A stretch of 64,000 nucleotides of DNA, taken from assembly GCA_963815455.1 (NCBI GenBank), contig CAWFGO010000001.1, forward strand, positions 416,001 through 480,000. The letters are read 5' to 3'. Shown piece after piece: positions 22,443 through 33,268 of the stretch. Source of the DNA: an uncultured Verrucomicrobiae bacterium. GTDB taxonomy: Bacteria > Verrucomicrobiota > Verrucomicrobiia > Chthoniobacterales > UBA10450. The notes beneath the pieces are model-generated. The model was given only the letters and a program-made list of their open reading frames with translations. It was not told where the DNA came from and did not search any database. A program made the translations under genes and the position numbers. Every line of letters begins with the position of its first letter. Within the stretch, counting starts at the first letter, position 1.

Positions 22443-25400
22443 GGGCCTGGAGGAAATGTTGGATATCGTGAATCGTAAAGAGGGATGTGGAATCCACTCG
22501 GGCCTACGTTCAGATGCAAAACTGGCTGGTCGCCAGAACCCGGTATTGGGGCGTAGTCCAGTCGGAGAATTGGGACGTTGGCATAAAGTAGCCCTACGAT
22601 TCGGCCTTCGCCATACTGCAGAAACCCCGTGGAGGGTCCGACAATCCGCACGTTTCCCACTACATCCGCACCAACTGCGATGGCGGTCGCGACAGTTGAC
22701 GTTCCAATGAGCCCCCATTCGGTAGCATACGCAGCTGGATTATTCTCCACTTGACCCAGCGGCCCGTAACCCGCATCCCGAGCTATATTCCAGTTGTTTC
22801 CGTACCACCAGTCACCCCAGACATCACCTATTGACGTGGCCGTGTCCGCGAGGGAGTCCGCGAGCCCTTCATTGAACCACGTTCTCGGATCCCACCAGTC
22901 GCCCGGGCAAAGGCCGAGCGGATCAGCGGAATTCAAGGGATCGTTAGCAACATAAGCATACAGATTCGCTCCTTGACTCGTCTCGGCGTTTTTCAATGGA
23001 TCACGGCTGATCCAACGTCCGAGAGTAGGACTGTAGGCGCGATTAAGAGATAGATTCAGTCCGCTAGGCTGGTGGAAATAATGACCGGTGTATCCGAAAT
23101 CGACAGTCATTTTCCCGCTCACCACAACTGATTTGCCCCAGGCATCGTAGTCGTATTTCGCTACCAACCCACCGCCGGAATCGGTTACTTCACGGATGCT
23201 GCCTAAATGATCGCGCGTGTAGTAGTAATTTCCCCCGTCGCCGCCTATTCGTTTTTCTCCTTCGGCGAAAAAGCGCTTCGTTACATTTACTCCCGTACCG
23301 TCACGTTCCTCGCAAATTTGATTCCCACACCAGACAAAATTCCGGGTTGCCGTGGCGACTGAGTACTGCCGAAGCGAGGCTCGCAATTGCTGAAAGCTGG
23401 CGTTGAAATTGCCGCGTTGCGCTGCCTGGAAGCTCAGGGCGTAGGTGCCGGCCGAGAGGCTTAATTCCTGCAGGATTGCACCGTTGGACTGGACGAAGCT
23501 GACCTGCACTCCATCGGGCGCATTGGGATTACCCGATGTAAAAGCGGTGCCGTTTCCGCTTATACCCGTGGTTCCTTGAAAGCTCCACGTGCTGTCGGGA
23601 GGATTAAACTGGTAACCCGGATAACCGATCACGGGGCTCTCGAAGCTGCCATTTGAAACCGGCGTGCTGTTGAGTTCTACCGCATCTACGAATGCGGTGT
23701 TGTCTCCACCGTTGGGATTAATTCCTTCAAAACTCAGTGTATAATCGCCAGCCGGCAGGGCCATAGCGCCCGTCTTGAACGAATCGTAATTTGCGCTGGC
23801 TGGCTGCACAATTGCAGTAAATCCCGGTCCTTTCTCGGTAATTCTCACCCGCCGCCCAAGTCCATCATAAGCAAATTCCGTGCGATTACCGGTGTCGCTG
23901 TAATCAATCGCCACCAATCGGTTGGCCGCGTCCCAATCATAGGTCTCATTCGCACCGTCATAGGTCATGTTGCCATTCGCGTCGTAGGCGAGCGGCACCG
24001 GCTCACTCTGCGAATTCCCGTCCAGGTGGGAAACAGTAGCAATTTGATTTAGATTGTTGGCTGTATAAACGCTGCCGAACTGAGTATACGGAGTGAAGTA
24101 TACATTCCTGAGCCGGTTCCCAGCGAGATCGTAATCATATTGGAACCCATACGATCCCTCGCCGATTATAGACCCGAGCGTCGTGCGAACCAGCTGGTTG
24201 GCAGCGTCGTAATCGTACGTCGGCATGACGGCTGGCGCCAAGGTGGTCAAGACCTGTCCCTCAGCGTCATAAGTATAATCGAATCTCGAAAGAGTGCTGG
24301 AACTGCCGGTAAGATGCAGCAGCGTTTGCAGGCGATGATCGTTGTCGTTGCCAAAATAAGCGTGGTTTTCAGTTTGCCCGTTTGGATAATTCAGGGTCAG
24401 CAGCCGCGAAGTCACGGTGTCATAATTACGAGTGAACGATCCAAGCGCGTTGGTTGTCGTCTCAATTCGACCCAGCGAATCGTAAGTCATGCTCGACGAA
24501 ACACCATCGATCGATTGGTTTTCGATTCGCCCAAGCTCGTCGTAGGTATATTCGATCGTGTCGTTCGAGAAAATACCATCGACGCTTTTCAGTTGGTTGG
24601 CCCCGTGAGTACCGGGAGAAACAGTGACCGGATGATACTGGTAAGTGGTCGGTCCTAGATCAGGGCTCGTGATCGAAGTGATTCGATCATAATATTGATC
24701 GTATGCGTAATTAACGGCGGGTGTCGGATTTTGGGCGTTGGTGTAAAATATCTGCTTCAACCTGTCATCTAGAAAGTAACGGTAATTCGTTGTTTGGCCG
24801 AGCGCATCGGTGGTCGATTTTAGACGGCTGGTCGAGTTTTCGTATGTATAAGAAATGGATGTGCTGTTCGGCGCACCGAAGGCAAAAGTCTTGGAAAAAA
24901 CCCTGCTCTGCAAATCACGCTCGAATTTCGTAATATTCTCATTTGCGTCAGTGAGACTCGTGAGTGATCCGCAAGCGCACCAATCGTAAGAGGTAGGCCG
25001 GCCAAGTGGGTCTATCATGTGATCGAGCTGCTTGATGCTGTTGTAGTGTCTCAGCGTCCAGCGACCGAGGCGATCCTTGCTCGCGGTAAGATCGAGTATC
25101 GGTTCGATTCCCCGGCCGAAATCTTGTTCGTATTGGAATTGCCGAGTTGTGCCATCCGGATACAAAATCTGCATCGGACGATCGAGATCGTCGTAATCGG
25201 TCGTGGTCTGATACCCGTCTGGATTGTTTGTGACCGTCCGGACGCGGTGCGCACTGTCGTAGGTGAAGCTCGTGACGGCTGAAGCGCCATTAACGGAAGG
25301 AAACGGAGGACTCGTAATGGAGGCAAGATAGCCGTCCGGGACGTTGCTGCCATTGCCGTAGCCGTAGGTCGTGATCTCGCCCTTGGGATTCTGTATCGTC

Positions 25401-27246
25401 ATGACCTGGCCCCGGCTGTTGTAGGTTCTAATCGTGGTTTGACGCGCTGCATCTATGGACGTTATGGGCAGATGCTTTGAATTGTATTCGTATTCGGCTA
25501 TCTTATCTGCATTCTTTCCGTCCGGATCGGTATTCTCACCTGCCAGATTCCTTTGATAAACGCGCAACACGTCGACTCCGCCTGAAGCATACGCATAGCT
25601 GGTCACTGTGTGGGTGTGCTTTTATTTGGCTAGTTGTATAGGGAGACTGTGTGGTGAGCGCGCGATTGATGGTGGGTGAGTGCTAGCGAGAATAGCGGTT
25701 GGTTGGTTGTGTACAATAGACTTAGTGGTTTTTTTGCTGCTGATAACGTAGAAACTGCGGAATATCGCTGGTTAGAAGTTAGTGCAATATTGGTTTTTGT
25801 GTAGTTGTAGGCATGTTATGGGTGGGTAATTACTACGGGTTTTTGTAATAGATGTGTTACGGTGTTGAGCTTGGAATTGTAATTGTTAAGCGCGATAGGC
25901 TGCGATGGATGGTATTTGATGGAGCTTGTGCGATATTAGCGCTAGATTGCTGGTTTTTTTTTTATATTAGCATGATTTGTGAGATGTGTGTGAAGTAACG
26001 CATACGGTGTGGTAGAGAATTGATGAAATTACTGTTGTTGATAGAAAATGCGAAGAATAGATGGGATGGTGGTAAGTTTGCTGTGTGTATGAAAACAGCG
26101 GTGCGCGAGAAGGGTTGTATTGGTTATTTGTTTGAGTGTTTGTTTATAGGCAAAGATGTTTTGCTAAGCGTGTTATTTGTGATGTATTGTTTATAGTATG
26201 AATCTATGGATTGTGCTGGGTGATTCGCTCAAGATGAGCTGCGGAGTGAGGAGCTTTCGGCTGAGCGAATTTTAGAAATCGCGGTAGCGCTTATAGCTAT
26301 GGAGATGTTGGCAGAGGAGCGTGGCTTGCGCCAGGCAGGTACTGTTGCGAGTGTTATCGATCTGGTATAGCGTGTGCTGCACACGGACATACACGCTGAC
26401 GTTGGCCGTAAGGTTCATCGGATCGTCAGTGACAGGATAGCCAATTGAATGTCCAATTTGGCCCCAGTTTGAATATTGTTGGCTCGGAGATTGATCGCTG
26501 TCCCTTTGGCCGTAGGTCACAACAAAATCAATCCTCGGCCCCGCGGGCGGAGTGTATTCCAATGGCGTGTCAGTAATTCGCAGGCTGGCCGTGGCGAGAT
26601 CGACAGTATAGCGAGCCATGCCATGAGTGTTTCCGCAATCGTCTCCGCCGCCGGTCACATTCTCGTTGCGGCCGCCGTCGTCTGAACCTGTTCCACCGTC
26701 GTCAGCATCATTGGGTTTATGGCTCTCGTCGCTTGGCGTTGGCTCAGGAGTTGGCGAAGGGGGCGGCATATTGATATAGATGTCCAAGTAAGCGACCTTG
26801 TCCTCAGGCTCCGGCAGGGTCCCCGGATACGGTTCTCCTAGCTCTCCAAAATACACGTCCCTTCGTGTCAACGACGCCGACGCACCATTGGTCGTCACTA
26901 GTTCAACTCCCTCGTACGAAAGCTCCGTTCCACGAGTCTGGGACACAATAAGCGTTGGCGACCCAACGCCATTGGCAACATATGCTGTGAATCCCTCATA
27001 GGGATAGCCCGTATGCGTCGTAAATGTCACAGGATATCCTCCATCCGGTGTTCCAGGGGCAATGTGATAGACAGCGATAATGGTTCCCCTGTCGGAAGAG
27101 AATGCGACCAGCACCGAGCCAAAGCCGCACGGGGCGATATTAACGTTTAACTCGACTGAGGAGGCGGCGGCGCGTGCCGTTGCTATTACCAGGAATGCGA
27201 GCGCGGCTGTGAAGGAAGTTAACGACGACAGGTGGACGTGTTTCAA
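22439..27246 (-). CDS. Rhs/YD-repeat polymorphic toxin Rhs-1 with N-terminal signal peptide; middle (25607-26400) garbled
   Basis: YD repeats, TRDHLGSIRE, RWISRDP..NLYAYVANDPLNSADPLGL; ORF 26272..27246 matches the Rhs-2 N-terminus (GMARY..DTPLxYTPPxGP..VTYxQRD). Confidence 0.88.
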
Positions 27247-27355
27247 CCAGATCGGGTGGTGTGACTAGTAAAGCAGTTTTGCATATTCGGGGAAGATTAG
27301 GCGTGTTTGGTCTTGCACTTTCCGAAGCATCCTCTCGGGAGAGTCGGAAAACCCG

Positions 27356-27384
27356 AGTAGACAAAATTGTTAGTTTTGTGTCAA
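27356..27384 (-). promoter_or_regulatory. Candidate sigma-70 promoter for Rhs-1
   Basis: TTGACA-17 nt-TCTACT on the minus strand, ~110 nt upstream of the start. Confidence 0.4.
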
Positions 27385-28206
27385 AGATCTTTTTGAGGAG
27401 ATTCTCGCGGCCTGCATCCGCTCTGGCTTGTTGAGGCAATTAGCCTGCGAATTTGTTTCAATGTCGCAACAACCATTACCAAGGCGGGATATGGAGGCGT
27501 GACATCAAAAACAATTTGTCCCAGGAAAAGATCGCATACGCTGACGGCTTTTCATGCTGGTTGGAAATGCGCGAATGGTCTCAGACGATGCACGGTCTGC
27601 CGTTCGACGGCATTCTAATTCATTGGACGGACGTTTCCTCGTGAGCACGCAGCTGTCGGCCCGCAGCTCCGCCCGGATTCGTTGTTGGGCGAGGTCCTCA
27701 GTTGGCCAACGCCTCTGGCGTTTTTCTGACAATCGTTTTTGCCTCCGTTTGACCTGGGAGGGAGGCACGATTTTGAGTTCTTTCTTATTGATCATGCTGA
27801 TGGCCGCGTGTCAAACGCACGTGCCGATCAAAGTTGGCGAGAGACGTCAATCGACAAATCAGGATCGAAAGGATCGACAGACTATTTTCGATGTCTCAAC
27901 GTCGTGACACCGATCTGGGTGACACGTGTCAGCCAGGCGCTTTTGTGACGCCGGCGGCACATCGCGCGAATATGCACGCGGTTGCACATTCGCCGGCGTA
28001 GGGCGGTTAAGACCCTTTTAGCTGCTTCTGGTTCAAGCGCTCGTGCCGGTGGCTGACAGCCGTAGGTATGCACGTGCAGACATCCACTGGACAAATTGGG
28101 GTGTCAGCGTTGCGCCTCAATCGCGTTGCGCATTTCCGATCCGCAGGATGCCAATTCGTCGTGCGAGAATCGTTTACGAGGTGCATTTGGGACCGCAGCC
28201 TCTACT

Positions 28207-28280
28207 TGCGCCCGGCGGGGGTCGAACCCACAACCTTTGGCTTCGGAGGCCAACGCTCTATCCAGTTGAGCTACGAGCGC
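28207..28280 (-). tRNA. tRNA-Arg(CCG), CCA not encoded
   Basis: GCGCTCG/CGGGCGC acceptor stem, TTGGC-CTCCGAA-GCCAA anticodon arm, GGTTCGACCC T-arm. Confidence 0.96.
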
Positions 28281-28320
28281 GCAAGAAGAAGCGACTATAT
28301 TCGCAGGATCGACATCTACA

Positions 28321-28379
28321 ACTCCTGCTCCTGCTCATTCAATCGCGATTACGAGCATGAGCATGAGTAGGAGCACGAG
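28321..28379. repeat. Hexamer-based imperfect inverted repeat (CTCCTG / GAGCAT-GAGCAC)
   Basis: ctcctgctcctgctc ... gagcatgagcatgagtaggagcacgag. Confidence 0.6.
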
Positions 28380-28462
28380 GAAGGGAGCGATATCTTCCAT
28401 TTGCAATTTCACCCCGGATATTGCAAGGTGTCCGCCCTTCGTTCAGCGAACGGGAGGCCCTT

Positions 28463-28804
28463 ATGAACCGCATCATCGACGCTATTGAAAAAGAACAGCA
28501 AAAACCCGGACCGATAGAGTTTTCTGTCGGCGATAGCGTGAATGTCCATACTCGCGTGGTCGAGGGCGACAAGGAACGAATCCAGATTTTCACCGGCATT
28601 GTGATTGGCCGAAAAGGGCGCGGTCTCAATGAAACCGTCACCGTCCGCCGCATTTCCTATGGCGAAGGAGTCGAGCGGGTGTTCCCCGTCCATTCGCCGC
28701 GCATCGCCAAGATCGAAGTGGAAAAGAAAGGCCAGGCCCGCCGGGCCAAGCTGAACTATCTCCGCGGCCGCAAAGGCAAGGAAGCGACGGCCGTTCGCGA
28801 GTAA
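28463..28804 (+). CDS. rplS: 50S ribosomal protein L19
   Basis: [54 protein letters not shown]. Confidence 0.98.
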   Translation: MNRIIDAIEKEQQKPGPIEFSVGDSVNVHTRVVEGDKERIQIFTGIVIGRKGRGLNETVTVRRISYGEGVERVFPVHSPRIAKIEVEKKGQARRAKLNYLRGRKGKEATAVRE

Positions 28805-28815
28805 ACTCGCGAACG

Positions 28816-28880
28816 AAAAGCTAAAAAACTGACATGCTGAAATCATTTCAGCTTTTCAGTTTTCAGCATTTCAGTATTTT
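28816..28880. repeat. Octamer-based inverted repeat (GCTGAAA / TTTCAGC)
   Basis: aaaagctaaaaaactgacatgctgaaa ... tttcagcttttcagttttcagcatttcagtattt. Confidence 0.65.
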
Positions 28881-28888
28881 AGCAGCCG

Positions 28889-29587
28889 ATGTATCGGCGT
28901 TGCGGATTCCGGCATGAAAAGAAACTGCGCGCCATCGGTGTCGCGCGGATTGCCGGAATCGATGAGGCTGGACGGGGCGCACTGGCCGGCCCGGTGGTAG
29001 CGGCGGCGGTGATTCTTCCGGAAAAGTTCCGGCACAAACGCCTAAACGATTCCAAACAGCTCGCGCCCGAACTGCGCGAGGAAATCTATGTCGATCTTAC
29101 CAGCAATCTCGAAATCGCCTGGGCCATCGGAGTTGTCGATCATGTCGAGATCGATCGAATCAATATTCTGCGCGCCAGCCACCGGGCCATGCGCGCGGCG
29201 ATTGAGGCGCTAAACGCCTTGCCCGATCACGTTTTGATCGACGGCCTGCCGGTTGTTCCGTTTCCATTTCCCCAAACGGCGATCGTCGAGGGCGATTGCG
29301 TTAGCCTGAGCATCGCTGCCGCAAGCGTTATCGCCAAGGTGACCCGCGACCGAATGATGCGTGACTTTTGCGGGCAATTTCCCGAATATTACTTCAGCCA
29401 GCACAAAGGCTATGGCACTGAACTCCATCTGCTAAGGCTCCATGAATTCGGCCCTTGTCCGATCCATCGCCGGTCTTTCGAACCGGTGGCGCAACCGCTT
29501 CTCGCTCTCGAAGGCCTGGTCCCGGCCGGAGCATCTCCGGCGCGGCGCGCACGGCGAGAAGTTAGCGTGCCGATTTCTGAAGCGTAA
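28889..29587 (+). CDS. rnhB: Ribonuclease HII
   Basis: GIDEAGRGALAGPVVAAAV, DSKQL, IAAASVIAKVTRD, HKGYGT, HRRSF. Confidence 0.97.
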   Translation: MYRRCGFRHEKKLRAIGVARIAGIDEAGRGALAGPVVAAAVILPEKFRHKRLNDSKQLAPELREEIYVDLTSNLEIAWAIGVVDHVEIDRINILRASHRAMRAAIEALNALPDHVLIDGLPVVPFPFPQTAIVEGDCVSLSIAAASVIAKVTRDRMMRDFCGQFPEYYFSQHKGYGTELHLLRLHEFGPCPIHRRSFEPVAQPLLALEGLVPAGASPARRARREVSVPISEA

Positions 29588-29906
29588 CGGCTACAAAATT
29601 CTTTTCCGCAATTTTCGGGGCCATAGCGGCGGCGAGATCGACATCGTCTGCCGCGACAACGACACCCTGGTTTTCGTGGAAGTGAAAACGCGGACCAGCG
29701 AGGATTTCGGACGGCCTTTCGAAGCGGTCAATCGACAAAAACAAAAACGAATTGCCCGCGGCAGCCTGGCTTGGCTGCGGATGCTGGACAATCCCGATAT
29801 TCTTTTCCGCTTCGATATCGTGGAGGTAATCCTCGTCGAGGATGCAAAACCGCGCATCGAAGTGATCAAGAACGCGTTCCAATTGCCCGCGCCGTATATT
29901 TATTAG
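29442..29906 (+). CDS. yraN: YraN family putative endonuclease
   Basis: GEIDIV..LVFVEVKTR..RFDIVEV; overlaps the rnhB 3' end; start uncertain. Confidence 0.92.
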   Translation: MNSALVRSIAGLSNRWRNRFSLSKAWSRPEHLRRGAHGEKLACRFLKRNGYKILFRNFRGHSGGEIDIVCRDNDTLVFVEVKTRTSEDFGRPFEAVNRQKQKRIARGSLAWLRMLDNPDILFRFDIVEVILVEDAKPRIEVIKNAFQLPAPYIY

Positions 29907-29990
29907 AGACCCGACTCCGCGCGAGGCTACGGCGCGGCAAGGGGGTGGTGGAAAGTGACACCTGACAGAAAATCTGATTCAATCGGAAGA

Positions 29991-30437
29991 ATGAAAGCCA
30001 CGATCTACCTCTTCTTTTGCAGCGTCATGATTTTCTCATTTGCCGTTCCGGCAGACGCGGGCAAACCGAGAAAGAAGAAAATAACGATTGTGACGCCGAG
30101 TCCGACGCCCGGGCCTGCCTCTTCGGCGGATCTCTCCCGTTTCATGAGCGCTCATCTCGAACAAATTCTCGGACCGCTCGACCAGAAGGTCGATGTGCCT
30201 CGCACCGAACTGGATCAGATCCGCGACTCGTTTTCGAAAGGTTTTAGCAAGGCTTCACTGGCCGAAAGGTCGCGATTCCAGCTGGGCCTGGCAGTCTGTG
30301 ACGCGATCTCCCAGGCAATGGCGGAGCGAAATAAAGCGGTTGCGATGGGGGCGGCGGCCAACTGGTCGCAACAAGCTGCACAACTTCGACAACGGATCGA
30401 CCAACTAGCGGCCCAGCAACGGGCCGCGGAACACTAG
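29991..30437 (+). CDS. Hypothetical secreted helical protein
   Basis: Signal peptide MKATIYLFFCSVMIFSFAVPADA, PTP linker. Confidence 0.65.
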   Translation: MKATIYLFFCSVMIFSFAVPADAGKPRKKKITIVTPSPTPGPASSADLSRFMSAHLEQILGPLDQKVDVPRTELDQIRDSFSKGFSKASLAERSRFQLGLAVCDAISQAMAERNKAVAMGAAANWSQQAAQLRQRIDQLAAQQRAAEH

Positions 30438-30469
30438 TCGGATTCGAAGATCGGCCGGGACAAGATATC

Positions 30470-31720
30470 TCACGCGTCGAGCACGAGATCGCTCGCCGGG
30501 GCCCCGATACATGTGAGCCGCGTGCCGGGGTTTGTGTCGAAGTCGGATTTCGCGACGTAAGCAATCTCTCCGGAAAAAACGGCGACCTGACAGGTCCCGC
30601 AGCTGCCGGCACGGCAACCGCACGGAATATTAATTCCGTTCGCCTCCGCGAACTCGAGAATATTCCCGTGCTCGCCCGACCAGTTCACGGTTTTCCCGCT
30701 CTTCTTGAATTGGACCGCAAAGCTAACGGGGGCGGCGTCGGTGGAAGCTCCGGCCGCGGCAACTTTTCTCACGGTGGATGGACCGAATGTCTCGTAGTGA
30801 ATATTCTGATCCGGCACACCCCACTCTTTGAGGCCTTCCGTGATGTCCTGCATCATTGCGCCCGGGCCGCACAGATAGAAATCGAAGTTGCTCGAGGGCA
30901 GCACCTGTTTGAGGGCGTCCACCGAAACGCGGCCTTCATAATGGTAATCGCGTCCTCGCTCGTAATCGAGGCCCGGTTGGCTGCAGAAGACCGTCAGATG
31001 CACGTTTGGATTTTCCTTCACGATCGCTTCCAAATGCTCCCTCATGATATGTTCCGAACGGTTCCGCACCCCGTGGAAAAACCAAACCTCGCGGCGCGAT
31101 CCCTGAGCGACGAGCGTGTTCAACATCGCCAGAACCGGCGTCACGCCTATTCCGCTTCCGATCAGAACAACGGGGCGTCCGCCAGCCGGTTCGAGACAGA
31201 ACTGCCCAGCGGGCGCTTTTACATCGAGAATGTCGCCTTCCTGAATTTGATCGTGGAAAAAGGACGACACGATTCCCGGCGGTCCGCCTTTGTCTCGGGG
31301 CGGAATGCGTTTAATTGTGACACGATAAGCGTCGCCATGCGTCGCGTCGGAAATACTGTAGCAGCGGATGGCCCGATTTCCGGAGCCAGGAATATCCAGT
31401 TGAAACGTCAGGTACTGGCCGGGCAGGAAATCTGGCAGCGGCTTCTTATCGTGCGGCGTGAGATAAAATGAGCAAACGTCATCGCACTCCATGACTTTCT
31501 TGCTGACGAGAAACTTCCGATAGCCATTCCAGGGTAGAGCGTCTTCAGCGCGTTTGCGCCGAAGATCGCGCATCATCGCCAGCTCCGTCTTTAGGAGCTC
31601 AAGGTCGAGGTCGGATTGCCGCCGCTGCCCAACAACACGACGAACGTTCTGGACAGTTACCAGGCCGAGCTGAACAAGGACGCCGCCTATGAGGATGCCG
31701 CCGATTGCTTCGGGAATCAT
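30470..31720 (-). CDS. Membrane-anchored FAD/NAD(P)-binding reductase with C-terminal [2Fe-2S] ferredoxin domain
   Basis: N-terminal TM; FLPGQYL, RCYSIS, GIVSSF, GSGIGVTP, YLCGP..M, YETFG; CRAGSCGTC..LTC. Confidence 0.92.
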   Translation of the reverse strand: MIPEAIGGILIGGVLVQLGLVTVQNVRRVVGQRRQSDLDLELLKTELAMMRDLRRKRAEDALPWNGYRKFLVSKKVMECDDVCSFYLTPHDKKPLPDFLPGQYLTFQLDIPGSGNRAIRCYSISDATHGDAYRVTIKRIPPRDKGGPPGIVSSFFHDQIQEGDILDVKAPAGQFCLEPAGGRPVVLIGSGIGVTPVLAMLNTLVAQGSRREVWFFHGVRNRSEHIMREHLEAIVKENPNVHLTVFCSQPGLDYERGRDYHYEGRVSVDALKQVLPSSNFDFYLCGPGAMMQDITEGLKEWGVPDQNIHYETFGPSTVRKVAAAGASTDAAPVSFAVQFKKSGKTVNWSGEHGNILEFAEANGINIPCGCRAGSCGTCQVAVFSGEIAYVAKSDFDTNPGTRLTCIGAPASDLVLDA

Positions 31721-31749
31721 GAGCGGGCCGGGAACGTGAAAACTCCTTG

Positions 31750-33258
31750 TTAGAACTTTACCAACAGCTCGGAGCGAAAGCCGTAGGCGGTGTCGCGATC
31801 CTCGGGAAAGCCGACGAAAGCGTCAAGGATCAGAACCGTATGTTGATTCATCTTCATCTGATAGCGCCCTGCCATCGCGACCCCGTCCGGCTGATTAAAG
31901 AACTGTGGAGTCTCAGTGCGAACGCGTCCGCCGAATTCCAGAGTGAGCTGGCGATCGCTGCTGCCAAGGAATCTTTGGTAGCCAACGGCCCCGCCGCCAG
32001 CGTCATTGGCCCGATTACCCAAAGGCGCACCGTAGGCGCCCAGGCCCTGCGCCGCAAAAAGAATCCCGGTTTGTCCGAGCGGCCCGCCGCGATCACCGCC
32101 GCGAGCGGCGGATGAATAATCGCGGATGCCCAGGAAAGCGTCGATGTAAACAACATCCTTACTTTCCGGAAGGGTAGTAGAGAGCTGCTGGAACAACAGC
32201 ACACCCGTGCTAACGGCAGGCGTCTCGTGACCGAGTGCGACGGAACCGTTGACGCGTGTCGTGGAATTGATCAGACCAAAGCGCTGGATGTTGCCCAGGC
32301 CGGCGTAGAAACCATCGCCGCCGGTCGCGGCCTCAGCTTTTACGTAAGCGAAATCGAGGTCGATGGTCCTGGCGGCGTAATCGGCGGTGTTGAAGAGTCC
32401 GAACAATTTCGCGCTGCTTTCGCGGATATTGTTGTTCCGGTTCAACTCATTGAAGGCAAAAATGGCAGTGGTGCGCAATGAGGAAGCGCCCAGGAAGAAA
32501 AGCGATGTCCGCGTTATGCCAACGGCGTCGATCACGTCCTCGTTGATCATGATGCCGTCCTGGAAACTGAGCGGCTGGCGGCCGACCGCGAAGCTGAAGT
32601 CGAAGCTCTTCTTGTCGTCACGGTCGAGATTCGGGAAAAGCTCGCCAAAGTCCCCTTGAAAAAAAAGCGTGGTGACCGTTCCATTAACTTCGTCCGTGAT
32701 CTTATGTTCGGGGTCGAAGCGGTAACCGCTGTAGGCGAGTCCATCGCGATCGAGGGGGCGAATGCCGACGAGCACGCGCTCGGTCGGCGTGAGATAGAGA
32801 TTTCCGTAAATGTCGGCACGATTGGCCCATTCGGTGATCTGGCCGGCGCCTGAGCCATTGTCGAAAGTCTGGTAGGCGGTGCGGAGAGTGCCAAAAACGA
32901 TGAAGACCGGTTGCCAGACCGCGCCGGTGGGGAGGTTAATGCCGGGAGCGATCGGGCCGCGGCCGAGAAATGGATTTTGGCCGATCTCGATGATGGGCTT
33001 GGGTCGATCAGGAAATCCTTCGAGCTTGAGCGGGACCGGGTTCTCGCTGAGAGCGCTGCCATGGTTCTGGGGCGTGCCTTGGAAGAGGCCGAAAAAACCG
33101 CTTTTCTTCTTTGGCGGAGCAGGCATTGCCATGCCGTCGGCCGTCGTCGTTGCGCTTGTAGTCGTCTCTTCTCCAGATGCGGTGTCCGCCGCCAGCGCAC
33201 TGGAGGCGCTTGTTAGGGCAAAACCGGCGGCGAAAACGGTGATCAGGATCGTGCGCAT
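31750..33258 (-). CDS. Putative outer-membrane beta-barrel protein
   Basis: Signal peptide, amphipathic beta-strand pattern, C-terminal ..FRSELLVKF. Confidence 0.72.
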   Translation of the reverse strand: MRTILITVFAAGFALTSASSALAADTASGEETTTSATTTADGMAMPAPPKKKSGFFGLFQGTPQNHGSALSENPVPLKLEGFPDRPKPIIEIGQNPFLGRGPIAPGINLPTGAVWQPVFIVFGTLRTAYQTFDNGSGAGQITEWANRADIYGNLYLTPTERVLVGIRPLDRDGLAYSGYRFDPEHKITDEVNGTVTTLFFQGDFGELFPNLDRDDKKSFDFSFAVGRQPLSFQDGIMINEDVIDAVGITRTSLFFLGASSLRTTAIFAFNELNRNNNIRESSAKLFGLFNTADYAARTIDLDFAYVKAEAATGGDGFYAGLGNIQRFGLINSTTRVNGSVALGHETPAVSTGVLLFQQLSTTLPESKDVVYIDAFLGIRDYSSAARGGDRGGPLGQTGILFAAQGLGAYGAPLGNRANDAGGGAVGYQRFLGSSDRQLTLEFGGRVRTETPQFFNQPDGVAMAGRYQMKMNQHTVLILDAFVGFPEDRDTAYGFRSELLVKF

Positions 33259-33268
33259 GGGCTCGCGA

